Source of the DNA: Candidatus Micrarchaeia archaeon
GTDB lineage: Archaea > Micrarchaeota > Micrarchaeia > Micrarchaeales > CABMGC01
Assembly: GCA_049966395.1 (NCBI GenBank)
Contig: JBMFUT010000012.1
Coordinates: 1-20,128 of the forward strand
Length of the DNA: 20,128 bases
Direction of reading: 5' to 3'
The notes beneath the pieces were generated by a model, which ran no database searches, was not told the origin of the DNA, and saw nothing but the letters and a program-made list of their open reading frames with translations. A program made the translations under genes and the position numbers. The number at the start of each line of letters is the position of its first letter. Within the stretch, counting starts at the first letter, position 1. Shown here one piece after another: positions 1-8,469 of the stretch.

Positions 1-75
1 GGCAACGGCAACAACGGCGTGCCAAACGGTGTTACTTTTGTGAGCAACTGGTGGAACGGCTACACGCCGCCGTGA
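1..75 (+). CDS. 3' end of an unknown protein (partial; GNGNNGVPNGVTFVSNWWNGYTPP*)
   Basis: Open frame from base 1 to TGA at 73-75, followed by TAG. Gly/Asn/aromatic-rich composition suggests a surface or secreted protein, but the fragment is too short to identify. Confidence 0.55.
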   Translation, partial: GNGNNGVPNGVTFVSNWWNGYTPP

Positions 76-156
76 TAGAAACAATGCTTGCCCTGAGCTT
101 GCCTAATCCTAATATGCTTAAAATTGTCCCTGCAGACAAACGCTGCGCATCCCTCA

Positions 157-166
157 TATATATAAA
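157..166 (+). promoter_or_regulatory. Putative TATA box for lysS
   Basis: TATATATAAA lies 34-43 nt upstream of ATG200; GGTG RBS at 190-193. Confidence 0.55.
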
Positions 167-199
167 AACATGCGCTGAAAAATATCATAGGTGTTGCTG

Positions 200-1666
200 A
201 TGGCAGACCAGTTCAGGCTGAAGAAGCTAGAGGCGCTTAAATCGCTTGGCATAAATCCATATCCGTACTCCTACCCTCAAGGCGCATATTCTACAGCGAT
301 AAAGGAGAAGTTTGCGAATTATGAGGGCAAAAGCGTTGATGTTGCTGGTCGAATAACAAGCATGCGCAGCATCGGCGGCGTCAAGTTCCTCGATCTTGTT
401 GACGGCTATGGCAAGATACAAATCCTTGCAAGGGACGACTTTCTTGAAGAAAATTCAAAAAAAATCATCGAGCTTGTAGATACTGGCGACATTCTTGGAG
501 TAAGTGGCAACGTGACAAAAACCAAGCGCGGCGAGATTAGCATAGATGCCAAGAAGATAGAAATGCTCGCTAAGTCTCTTTCTACTCTGCCTGAAAAGTT
601 TCACGGCCTTACAGACACCGAGTTGCGGTACAGAAAAAGGTACTTGGACTTCATTGCGAACACTCCTGTCAGGGATTTCTTCAGGACAAGGGCGAAAATT
701 CTTAAGTTCGTAAGGGACTTTTTGGATGGAAGAGGCTACACGGAGTTTGAGACGCCAGTGCTGCAACCCACATATGGCGGCGCAAATGCCAAGCCTTTCG
801 TTACATACTACAACGCCATAGACTCTGACATGTATCTCAGAATTGCGGACGAGCTCTACCTGAAGAGGCTGATCATAGGCGGCTTCGAGAAGGTTTACGA
901 AGTGTCAAAGGACTTCAGGAACGAGGATATAGATTCTACGCACAATCCAGAGTTCACTCAGGTAGAATTCTACGAGGCATACAAGGACTACAACGACTTC
1001 ATGAAGCTTATGGAAGAAATGCTGAGCGGCATGGCAAAAAGTATATTTGGCTCTTACAAATTCGATTACATGGGTAAAACGCTAGATTTCACGCCTCCTT
1101 TCAAGAGGGTTTACTGGGTTGACGAAATAAGGAAGAAGACAGGAATAAAAGTCGAAGAGCTCACAGACAGCGAGGCAGCGGAAATCGCTGAAAAGGAGAA
1201 ATTGCAGATAGGCGTTAAGAACAGCTATCATGTTGCGGACGCGCTTTTCGACAAGTACGTCAAGCCTGAGCTCTACCAGCCGTCATTTGCTGTAGACTAC
1301 CCTTCATACATGTGCCCTCTTACCAAGGACAAGCGCGGCAATCAAAAGCTGAGCGAGAGGTTCGAGATGTTCATAGCAGGGTACGAGGTAGCAAACTGCT
1401 ATTCAGAGCTCACAGATCCTATAGAACAAAGAAGAAAGTTTGAGGAACAAGAGGCAGAGAGGAAGAAGGGCGACGAGGAAGCTCCTCCTTCAGATGCAGA
1501 CTTCATAGAAGCCATAGAATACGGAATGCCTCCTACAGCGGGGATTGGCGTCAGCATAGACAGGCTGGCAATGCTTTTCACGGGCAACGAGTCAATAAAA
1601 GAGGTAATAGCCTTCCCGACAGTAAAGCCCCAGGGCGCGTCAAAAAAGGCTTCCAGAAAGGCTTAA
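200..1666 (+). CDS. lysS: Lysine--tRNA ligase, class II
   Basis: N-terminal OB-fold (VAGRI..FLDL.DG.GKIQ), TELRYRKRYLD, motif 2 FRNEDID..HNPEFT, motif 3 YGMPPTAGIGVSIDRL. Start moved from GTG191 to ATG200 because AGGTG there looks like the RBS. Confidence 0.97.
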   Translation: MADQFRLKKLEALKSLGINPYPYSYPQGAYSTAIKEKFANYEGKSVDVAGRITSMRSIGGVKFLDLVDGYGKIQILARDDFLEENSKKIIELVDTGDILGVSGNVTKTKRGEISIDAKKIEMLAKSLSTLPEKFHGLTDTELRYRKRYLDFIANTPVRDFFRTRAKILKFVRDFLDGRGYTEFETPVLQPTYGGANAKPFVTYYNAIDSDMYLRIADELYLKRLIIGGFEKVYEVSKDFRNEDIDSTHNPEFTQVEFYEAYKDYNDFMKLMEEMLSGMAKSIFGSYKFDYMGKTLDFTPPFKRVYWVDEIRKKTGIKVEELTDSEAAEIAEKEKLQIGVKNSYHVADALFDKYVKPELYQPSFAVDYPSYMCPLTKDKRGNQKLSERFEMFIAGYEVANCYSELTDPIEQRRKFEEQEAERKKGDEEAPPSDADFIEAIEYGMPPTAGIGVSIDRLAMLFTGNESIKEVIAFPTVKPQGASKKASRKA

Positions 1667-1715
1667 ATAGGTGCTGTATAGATATACATATCTCAACAAG
1701 GAAGTTTCCACAATG

Positions 1716-1723
1716 CTTAAATA
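1716..1723 (+). promoter_or_regulatory. Putative TATA box upstream of the hairpin, tRNA-Ser and rps13 operon
   Basis: CTTAAATA matches the archaeal YTTAWA consensus and predicts a start near 1745. Confidence 0.4.
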
Positions 1724-1739
1724 CCTTCAATACGAGATA

Positions 1740-1800
1740 ATTTATTGTCGCTAGGATGCGCATTTGTGCTTGCACAAATCGCCTTTTGCGATAGATAAAT
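1740..1800. repeat. Long imperfect inverted repeat (61-nt hairpin)
   Basis: Pairings: ATTTAT(1740-45)/ATAAAT(1795-1800), TGTCGC(1746-51)/GCGATA(1788-93), GCG(1758-60)/CGC(1780-82), ATTTGTGC(1762-69)/GCACAAAT(1772-79). Confidence 0.75.
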
Positions 1801-1832
1801 CAAAATATCACTTTGGAGCATGCTGTAGCATT

Positions 1833-1943
1833 GCCAGGGTGGCGGAATCTGGTAACGCGTACGCCTGGAGAAAATCCAGCTAGCGTATGGCTCTCACGAG
1901 CCTCCTGGGTTCAAAAGCTAAGCTGAATATCCCAGCCCTGGCG
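1833..1943 (+). tRNA. tRNA-Ser(GGA) with two introns: 1871-1881 (37/38, 11 nt) and 1916-1929 (59/60, 14 nt); mature length 86 nt, CCA not encoded
   Basis: Acceptor GCCAGGG/CCCTGGC with discriminator G; D stem GCG/CGC; anticodon stem TACGC/GCGTA with spliced loop CT-GGA-GA; long variable arm GGCTC/GAGCC; T stem CTGGG/CCCAG with spliced loop TTCAAAT. Both introns form bulge-helix-bulge (BHB)-type motifs. Confidence 0.93.
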
Positions 1944-1953
1944 TGGTGTTTAC

Positions 1954-2517
1954 ATGGCAGAAGAGCACAAACCAAAAGATCAGAATGCAAACAAGGAAGC
2001 GACGAGCATAGTAAGAATTGCCGGCAAAGACATTAATGGCAATTATAGGATTGAGAAAGCCCTTAACCAGGTTAAAGGCATAGGCCACAACCTCTCGCAC
2101 GCTATAGCGATAGCTGCGCATGCAAAGTTCGGCATAGACCCCAATTCGAGCATAGGCTCTATAAGCGAGGAGTCCATAGCTAACCTTGAAAAGGTAATAT
2201 CTAATCCGTCAAATTTTGGCGTTCCAAAATACCTGCTAAACAGGCGCAAAGACGCAGAGACGGGCCAAGATATGCATCTTGTTGGCAGCGATCTCACCAT
2301 AAAGGTAAGGCACGACATAGACAACGACATAAAGTTGCAGACCTGGCGTGGCTTCAGGCATCAGTTTGGCCAAAAGGTACGCGGACAGCGCACAAGGTCA
2401 ACTGGAAGAACAGGAGTCACTGTGGGAGTAACGAAGAAGGCAGCAGAAGCTGCTCTTGCAGCGCAGAAGGCATCCGCGCCTGGGGAGCAGAAGAAAGAAG
2501 CAAAGGAGAAGAAGTGA
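1954..2517 (+). CDS. rps13: 30S ribosomal protein S13 (uS13), archaeal type
   Basis: IVRIAGKDI.G, VKGIG, YLLNRRKD.ETG.D.HL, WRGFRHQFGQKVRGQRTRSTGR; GGTG RBS at 1945-1948. Confidence 0.97.
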   Translation: MAEEHKPKDQNANKEATSIVRIAGKDINGNYRIEKALNQVKGIGHNLSHAIAIAAHAKFGIDPNSSIGSISEESIANLEKVISNPSNFGVPKYLLNRRKDAETGQDMHLVGSDLTIKVRHDIDNDIKLQTWRGFRHQFGQKVRGQRTRSTGRTGVTVGVTKKAAEAALAAQKASAPGEQKKEAKEKK

Positions 2518-2521
2518 TTGA

Positions 2522-3055
2522 GTGGGCGCACCAAAAAGACTGAGGAAGAAATACGAAAAGCCTACAATGATGTGGGACCTACACCGCATCGAGGAAGAGC
2601 ATTCGCTCAAGGAGAAGTACGGCCTTAAGAACATGCGCGAATTGTGGCTCGCTGAAAGCGAACTCAGGCGCATAAGGAGAAAAGCAAGAGAAGTCTTGTC
2701 TGGAAAGGAAAGCGATGAAACTGGCAAGGCGATGATTGCAAGGCTCTCAAAGCTCAACGTGATAAAAAGCTCTGCTGCTGTTGACGACCTTCTGGTAATA
2801 GGGATAGAAGCACTTCTAGAGAGGAGGCTTCAGTCAATGGTGCTTAGAAAAGGCATGGCGAAGAGCATCAAGCAGGCAAGGCAGCTGGTGACGCACGGCT
2901 TCATAGCAATAGACGGGAAGCGCATAACTTCGCCAAGTTATCTTGTCAGCGCCGACGAGGAAAACAAGATATCATATTACAAGCCCATAAAGATAGATTT
3001 TGGCAACGCTGCGACTGCCGAATCCGCCGGCATCAAGGCAAACGAGGGTGTTTGA
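2522..3055 (+). CDS. rps4: 30S ribosomal protein S4 (uS4), archaeal type
   Basis: MGAPKRLRKKYEKP..MW, YGLKNMRELW, LLERRLQ, QARQLVTHGFI; GTG start. Confidence 0.97.
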   Translation: MGAPKRLRKKYEKPTMMWDLHRIEEEHSLKEKYGLKNMRELWLAESELRRIRRKAREVLSGKESDETGKAMIARLSKLNVIKSSAAVDDLLVIGIEALLERRLQSMVLRKGMAKSIKQARQLVTHGFIAIDGKRITSPSYLVSADEENKISYYKPIKIDFGNAATAESAGIKANEGV

Positions 3056-3550
3056 TTGGCTGAAAAAGCAAAAGAGACTAAAAAGGACAAAAACGCCGCT
3101 GTGAAGAAGAAGGAGGCGTCTTTCGAGACTGCAGTTGTTGAAGCAGCTGAAAAATACAAGCCAAAAGGCACGAGATGGGGAGTCGCTCACATATATTCAT
3201 CGAAGAACGACACCATAATAACGCTTACTGATCTTTCAGGTGCAGAGACCATAGCAACTGGAAGTGGAGGGATGGTAGTGGATACCGACCACGAAGAAGG
3301 AACGCCATACGCCGCGACGCAGGCTACCTACAAGGTTGCTGCGACAGCTATAGAAAAGGGAATAACCCATATAAACATAAAAATAAGGGCTCCTGGAGGG
3401 CACGGAGCCAAGACGCCGGGCCACGGCGCCCAGGCTGTAGTTAGGGCTTTGGCGAGAAGCGGCCTGAGAATAGGAAGCATAGAAGACGTTACTCCTATAC
3501 CTACAGACACAACAAAAAGGCCTGGAGGCAGGAGAGGAAGGAGAGTGTAA
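3056..3550 (+). CDS. rps11: 30S ribosomal protein S11 (uS11), archaeal type
   Basis: [47 protein letters not shown] start after a GGGTG RBS, abutting the rps4 stop. Confidence 0.97.
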   Translation: MAEKAKETKKDKNAAVKKKEASFETAVVEAAEKYKPKGTRWGVAHIYSSKNDTIITLTDLSGAETIATGSGGMVVDTDHEEGTPYAATQATYKVAATAIEKGITHINIKIRAPGGHGAKTPGHGAQAVVRALARSGLRIGSIEDVTPIPTDTTKRPGGRRGRRV

Positions 3551-3558
3551 CCTTTTTG
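3551..3558 (+). terminator. Oligo-T terminator of the ribosomal protein operon
   Basis: CCTTTTTG directly after the rps11 stop, between convergent genes. Confidence 0.45.
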
Positions 3559-4476
3559 CTAAGTTCTGAGCAGAAGCAGCACTACAAGCATCACTATCGG
3601 CACGTCGAAATTATCGTCCAAGTGCAGCGGAGCACTTTCCGCTATTGCTGCTATGAGTGCTAGCGGCAACGACGATACTCCAATCAGGGGGTAGGCTAAA
3701 ACTGCAAGCACGACAAAGTAAGTAGCGAAACCCTCAACGCTTTTTTTATTGTTGTATGGAATTTTGTGTCTGCCAAAGCTTACTCCTATTATTGTGGCAA
3801 GAGAATCGCAGAAGAAAATTGCAATGAGCATGGCGATAATGTAATTCGAATTGCTAGTGAAAGATATTGACACAAGAACTCCCAAAGCAAGCCATATTGC
3901 GCCTCTGCCGAACTTTGCATCCTGCCTTTCGAGGCGCCTTAGGACTTTTGCTATGTGAAGTTTGCTTCCAGAGGATGTGAGGCTGCTGAAAACGTATCCT
4001 ATAAGCACCAGCGCTACTGTGATTATCTGCGCTGCAGTGACGCTGAAAAAGATGAAGCACGCTACTACTATGGCGCCTGCGCCCATCTGCGCAAGATCCC
4101 TGTTTATTTCTACTTTTTTATTAGAAACAGAGTGGCTGGTGCCTATCCTCATGCCTGCCAGAAGCCCTATGAGTACAGCCTGTGCCGCCAACTGCGCGCC
4201 TGCAAGCTGCACAGCAGCGAAGAAGTAAACCATTCCGGCAATTATAAAAAGGCCGTCGCCTTTTTTGCCATAGTAGTGAGCAGCGCTTTCGAATATTATA
4301 ACGCCTGATAGAAGGAACATGCTTGTTTGCTCAAAATGAAACAATGCGGCCGCCGCCACAAAAAACAAGAATAACGACAATATCCTTTTTAAGTCAGCGG
4401 TGTAAATTGCATAAACTACCGAGAATATTGCCAATAGGTAAACTGCAATGTCAAGGTACAATGTAGTAGCGAACAT
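3559..4476 (-). CDS. CTP-dependent polyprenol/dolichol kinase-like membrane protein (SEC59/DGK1/VTE5 family)
   Basis: Multi-pass hydrophobic protein with the signature DSLATIIG..FGRHKIPYNNKKSVEG and terminal DDNFDVP. Alternative start GTG4482. Confidence 0.85.
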   Translation of the reverse strand: MFATTLYLDIAVYLLAIFSVVYAIYTADLKRILSLFLFFVAAAALFHFEQTSMFLLSGVIIFESAAHYYGKKGDGLFIIAGMVYFFAAVQLAGAQLAAQAVLIGLLAGMRIGTSHSVSNKKVEINRDLAQMGAGAIVVACFIFFSVTAAQIITVALVLIGYVFSSLTSSGSKLHIAKVLRRLERQDAKFGRGAIWLALGVLVSISFTSNSNYIIAMLIAIFFCDSLATIIGVSFGRHKIPYNNKKSVEGFATYFVVLAVLAYPLIGVSSLPLALIAAIAESAPLHLDDNFDVPIVMLVVLLLLRT

Positions 4477-4488
4477 TGCCACACGACG

Positions 4489-6327
4489 CTATATCATGTA
4501 TATAATCCATGCAGCAGCTATAAAACCAGCAGTTATCACTACAGGCACTATGTGCTTTACTTTTTTGATTATCTCTATGCTTGCTTTCTTCATCTGATCC
4601 TCTACGCCTTCTCCCCACACCATGAAATTGTCAATAGTGAATCTCAAGTGTGCCGCTTTGACGGTAGTGGTGTTGCTCGAAGCAACTTCTAAAAGCGAAT
4701 CGACAACTTCTATCATTGATTTAACACTCGTGTACCTTCCGAGCACATTGCTTGCTGTAAATGCGAGCGAGTTAACGCTGTGCGTATCAGAGGTGCAGAC
4801 TTCGCAATCCATGTGAAATTTCGACTTTACGTGCTCTATTATTGCGCTTCTGAAGCTCGGCAGCATATTGTTTGCGTCAAAGTAAATAATGCAGAATTTC
4901 CTTTTGCCAAAGTCGAATACCGCGGTACTGGTAAAGCCGTCACCAAGATCCTTCTGCTTGCCTATCAGGTCGGCAGTCTTAACCGATGCTGAACCGAAAG
5001 AGATCCTGTGCCGCTTGCCTATCTCAAGGGATTTTTCTATTGCTCGCTTGTATTCTTCAACGTACTTGCTGCCTTCGTGCACCCCGCGCAACTCCTCCTT
5101 TGACACGCTCTCTATTCTGGAATTGTGCGCGTCTATTATGATCGGATGCATTCCCTTGTCTAGCGCAATTTTCTCAAAATCCTCGCCTATTCTGTGGCTT
5201 ATGTCCTCCGTAATATTTGGCGCCCTGGTTAGGGTTATCAGACTGCAGTCGTTTATGGCTATGCTTGTGGCTTTGCAGGTGCCCTCATTGCCGAATCCTA
5301 TTCCACCGAAAGCGTCCTTGAATGCATGCTCTGGTAGCCCATTTATATGCTTCACTATCTCATTTGCTATGCCGAAAACCTGCGCAGTGCTTATAGGATT
5401 GTCCTCTATGTTAACAGCGCCGTGGAGGACAAACGGCGCAGCTCCATACCTTTTTTTGAGGGCAGTGCCTATGTAGGTAGTTGCTACTGCGCCTCCGGTA
5501 CCCGAGAACGGCCCGTAGTGTATGCCCGGTTTGACAAATATTGCGCTGTAACTTTTTCCAGAGCGGAGTAATAGCAAGTCAACATTTAACTTGGTTTTAG
5601 TTCCGAAGTTCGGTTCAGCCAGGTCTATGGCGCCTGTGTTGTAAAGCCACTGGTTGACCATTATGCTGAAAATTTCTACGCTGCTGACGTTAAGCTTGCT
5701 TTTCATTGGCTTGTCGACGACATAAAGGAACGCATAACTAACCAATAGGAAAACCAGCATGCCCGCCAGCATTTTTACCATTGCTATGCTGAGCGGAAGC
5801 GTAATTGCGACAATGTATTTGCCGAAGGGCACGTACATAAGCATATTGAATACCGGTTGCATTACCGCGCTGAGGCTTACGCTCCTCCTTTTCGAAATTA
5901 TGAACCTGCCGATTATTAGCCAATAACCGTATAAACTCGCATTGGCAAGTATGACTATTATATAAGTCAAAACGTAGCTTCTTGCAAGCATGTAGGCGGC
6001 GCTTGCTATTAGTATGAATATAGCATAGCCAATTGAGCTTACCATAACTGCAAACATCACGTGCTTCAGGAGCATGTTTCTCTTCATGACCTTGATTATT
6101 GCAGCCGTGAGTATGGCGGGTATGCTAACTATGAATATGCCCGCGCTTCCCCCGTACAGCAAAACAGAGGCATAGCTGGCGTTGGAACCGAAATGCGCAA
6201 TGCCTATGGCAAGCACGCCAGTAAGCGCACCTATTGCGATTATGGCAGCAAGGAGAATTATCGGGCTGGGCAGTATCTTGTTGAAATACTTGGAATATTT
6301 GAAAAGCTCCTTATGCGAATCAGGCAT
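4489..6327 (-). CDS. DUF2070-type archaeal membrane protein (N-terminal TM bundle plus ceramidase-like putative metallohydrolase domain)
   Basis: 612 aa with about 6 N-terminal TM helices, motifs PGIHYGPF, VLHGA, IIDAHNS, FDANNM and TSDTHSVN, and a C-terminal TM helix. Confidence 0.8.
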   Translation of the reverse strand: MPDSHKELFKYSKYFNKILPSPIILLAAIIAIGALTGVLAIGIAHFGSNASYASVLLYGGSAGIFIVSIPAILTAAIIKVMKRNMLLKHVMFAVMVSSIGYAIFILIASAAYMLARSYVLTYIIVILANASLYGYWLIIGRFIISKRRSVSLSAVMQPVFNMLMYVPFGKYIVAITLPLSIAMVKMLAGMLVFLLVSYAFLYVVDKPMKSKLNVSSVEIFSIMVNQWLYNTGAIDLAEPNFGTKTKLNVDLLLLRSGKSYSAIFVKPGIHYGPFSGTGGAVATTYIGTALKKRYGAAPFVLHGAVNIEDNPISTAQVFGIANEIVKHINGLPEHAFKDAFGGIGFGNEGTCKATSIAINDCSLITLTRAPNITEDISHRIGEDFEKIALDKGMHPIIIDAHNSRIESVSKEELRGVHEGSKYVEEYKRAIEKSLEIGKRHRISFGSASVKTADLIGKQKDLGDGFTSTAVFDFGKRKFCIIYFDANNMLPSFRSAIIEHVKSKFHMDCEVCTSDTHSVNSLAFTASNVLGRYTSVKSMIEVVDSLLEVASSNTTTVKAAHLRFTIDNFMVWGEGVEDQMKKASIEIIKKVKHIVPVVITAGFIAAAWIIYMI

Positions 6328-6335
6328 GCAACAGC

Positions 6336-7040
6336 CTATTTGCCGAACCTGCGCTGCCTCCTGCTGTACTCCAGTAGCGCGCTGTGCAGATCCGCTCTTG
6401 TAAAATCAGGCCAAAACTTATTAGAAAAATAAAGCTCGGCGTATCCTGCCTGCCAAGGCATGAAACCGGAGAGCCTCTCTTCTCCAGAAGTTCTTATAAC
6501 ATAGTCTATGTCAGGCACGCTGCGAGATATCAGTCTGTCCCTTACGACCTGCTCGTCGATGCTTCTAATCCTTCCTGCTGCGATGTCCTGCGCTATCCTT
6601 TTGACAGCGTGCACGATATCGTCCCTTCCTCCGTAACCTATGAGCATGTTTATGGTCCTTTCAGTGTAGTGCATCGTGTCAAGCTCTATCTTGTGTAGCA
6701 TCTTGTTAAGATCCTTTGGCAACATGCTTCTGTTTCCCACTATGTTGAAGCGCGTCTTGTTTTCGTGGAGCCTCCCTATTAGTTTCTTGTCCCTCGCTGT
6801 CTTTCTGTAAATGCCAAATAGGGTGTCTACTTCCCTTTTTGGCCTGTTCAAATTTTCAGTCGAAAGCGCCCACACTGTTATATTCCTTATGCCGTAATCC
6901 TTGCACCACTCGCTGAAATCTATGAATTTTTTTACGCCTAGCCTATAGCCGTTGAAAAACGAAAGCCTGTGGATTTTAGCCCAGCGTCTGTTGCCGTCAG
7001 GTATAACTGCTATCGTGCCTGGTACTCTGATCGCTTGCAT
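6336..7040 (-). CDS. uppS: cis-prenyltransferase (polyprenyl diphosphate synthase)
   Basis: IPDGNRRWA, WALSTENLNRP..EV, YGGRDDI, IRTSGEERLSGFMPWQ..YAEL.F, RRFGK. Confidence 0.96.
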   Translation of the reverse strand: MQAIRVPGTIAVIPDGNRRWAKIHRLSFFNGYRLGVKKFIDFSEWCKDYGIRNITVWALSTENLNRPKREVDTLFGIYRKTARDKKLIGRLHENKTRFNIVGNRSMLPKDLNKMLHKIELDTMHYTERTINMLIGYGGRDDIVHAVKRIAQDIAAGRIRSIDEQVVRDRLISRSVPDIDYVIRTSGEERLSGFMPWQAGYAELYFSNKFWPDFTRADLHSALLEYSRRQRRFGK

Positions 7041-7060
7041 GAAATCAGTTTTGATTAAAG

Positions 7061-7084
7061 ATATATACCTCTATATATTAAAAT
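7061..7084 (-). promoter_or_regulatory. TATA-rich promoter region for the uppS operon
   Basis: Minus strand reads TTTAATATATAGAGGTATATAT, ending about 21 nt before the uppS ATG. No GGTG RBS, so possibly leaderless. Confidence 0.45.
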
Positions 7085-7094
7085 TTTGCTAATA

Positions 7095-8330
7095 TCATCT
7101 TGTTGCTTCAATGGACTCTATTCTGAGCAGCTCGTTTATCTTTGAGACACGCTCGCCCCCGGAAATGCCGCTCTTGATCAGCGGGGATCCGAAGGCCACT
7201 GCCAAGTGCGCAATGAAGGCGTCATCAGTCTCGCCGCTTCTGTGCGAAACAATACTCCTAATTCCTTTTCCCGTGGCGGTTTCTACCACTTTGACAGTGT
7301 CGCTTAGTGTACCTACCTGGTTGACTTTTATAAGTACGGCGTTTGTCGCCGAAAGCGAAATGCCTTTTTCAAGCCGCTTTTCGCTTGTGGCATACAGGTC
7401 GTCGCCCACCACAAACGCGCGGCTTTTCAGCATCGAAGTGAGCTTGGCGAAGCTTCCGAAGTCGTCCTCTTCGAACGGATCCTCAATGTAAAACAGGCCG
7501 TATTTGCGCTTGATCTTAATCATCATGTCGAGCTGCCCGGTGGCATCCAGCTCTCCCCATCTATAGCGATACTTGCCATCAGAGTAGAATTCGCTCGAGG
7601 CAACATCGACGCCCAAATCTATTTTTGTTCCATATTTCTTTTCAAGAGTGTCAGCCGCCTTCCTGGCGATGCTAAGGTTCCCTTCTTCACTAAGCGGGCT
7701 GCTCCATGCGCCCTCTATATTCCTTCCGATGCTGAACCCAAGCTTATTTATCAACATATTTCCTATCGCGGCATGCAGTTCAGCACTTATAAGCGCGTTG
7801 CGGAAGAAAGAATCAGAATCCGGAGATATCAGTATCTCCTGAATGTTCATGCCTTTCTTGGAATGCGCGCCTCCCCCTATGACGTTGCCAAGCAGTCGCG
7901 GCATTTTCTTTTTACTTACGAAACGTCTTGTGAAATTGCTGTAAATATAATCATAAAGCTCCATGCCTTCTGTGGTTGCGGCCAGCCTCGCACATGCTAT
8001 TGAAACCGCAGTGGATATGCTTCCTCCGATTGTGCCAAGTCCCTTACCGCCGACCTCGTGCAGCATCGTGTCGATTGCCTGCTGGTCTGTGGCATCGATT
8101 CCTACAAACTTCTTTTCATAATACGAAAAGTTCCTAAGGCATCTGTCTATGCCGCCAGGGAAGGCTGCAACCTCGTAACCGCTCTTGCTTGTACCGCTTG
8201 GGGCTGAAGCAGTAACACTAATTCCAGAAGCACTAGACACCTTAGCCTCAACTGTGAGCTGCGATCTGGAGTCGAAAATTTTCCTAAGCTTTATGCTGCC
8301 TATTTCACTGTTCACGTACATAAGTTGCAT
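7095..8330 (-). CDS. eno: Enolase (phosphopyruvate hydratase)
   Basis: IFDSR..TVE, APSGTS, GGGAH, IQE, GVDVASSEFY, IEDPF, VGDDL, LIKVNQVGTL, SHRSGET, ERVSKINELLRIE. Start may be ATG8321. Confidence 0.95.
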   Translation of the reverse strand: MQLMYVNSEIGSIKLRKIFDSRSQLTVEAKVSSASGISVTASAPSGTSKSGYEVAAFPGGIDRCLRNFSYYEKKFVGIDATDQQAIDTMLHEVGGKGLGTIGGSISTAVSIACARLAATTEGMELYDYIYSNFTRRFVSKKKMPRLLGNVIGGGAHSKKGMNIQEILISPDSDSFFRNALISAELHAAIGNMLINKLGFSIGRNIEGAWSSPLSEEGNLSIARKAADTLEKKYGTKIDLGVDVASSEFYSDGKYRYRWGELDATGQLDMMIKIKRKYGLFYIEDPFEEDDFGSFAKLTSMLKSRAFVVGDDLYATSEKRLEKGISLSATNAVLIKVNQVGTLSDTVKVVETATGKGIRSIVSHRSGETDDAFIAHLAVAFGSPLIKSGISGGERVSKINELLRIESIEATR

Positions 8331-8469
8331 GCAAAATACTAAATTCTTTTTACAGAATGCTTAGCTGCATACACAAGCTTTCAATCGTATGACTTGAATG
8401 TGCGCAAATGGTATAGTGACGCCAAACTTGAAATAACGAAATCTATCGCATTTATTCTTGGGAAAATGA

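Noticed and set aside
81..113. Short direct repeats (GCTTGCC x2, CCTAAT x2) upstream of lysS
   Set aside because: Too short and too few to distinguish from chance; not CRISPR- or iteron-like.
1833..1943. tRNA pseudogene or split tRNA half
   Set aside because: All stems pair perfectly and both insertions form proper splicing motifs in cis.
7095..8330. Inactive enolase suggested by deviant motifs (DSRSQL, SGTSKS, NIEGA)
   Set aside because: The catalytic and metal-binding residues (His, Glu, Glu, Asp, Glu, Asp, Lys, SHRS, Lys) are all retained.
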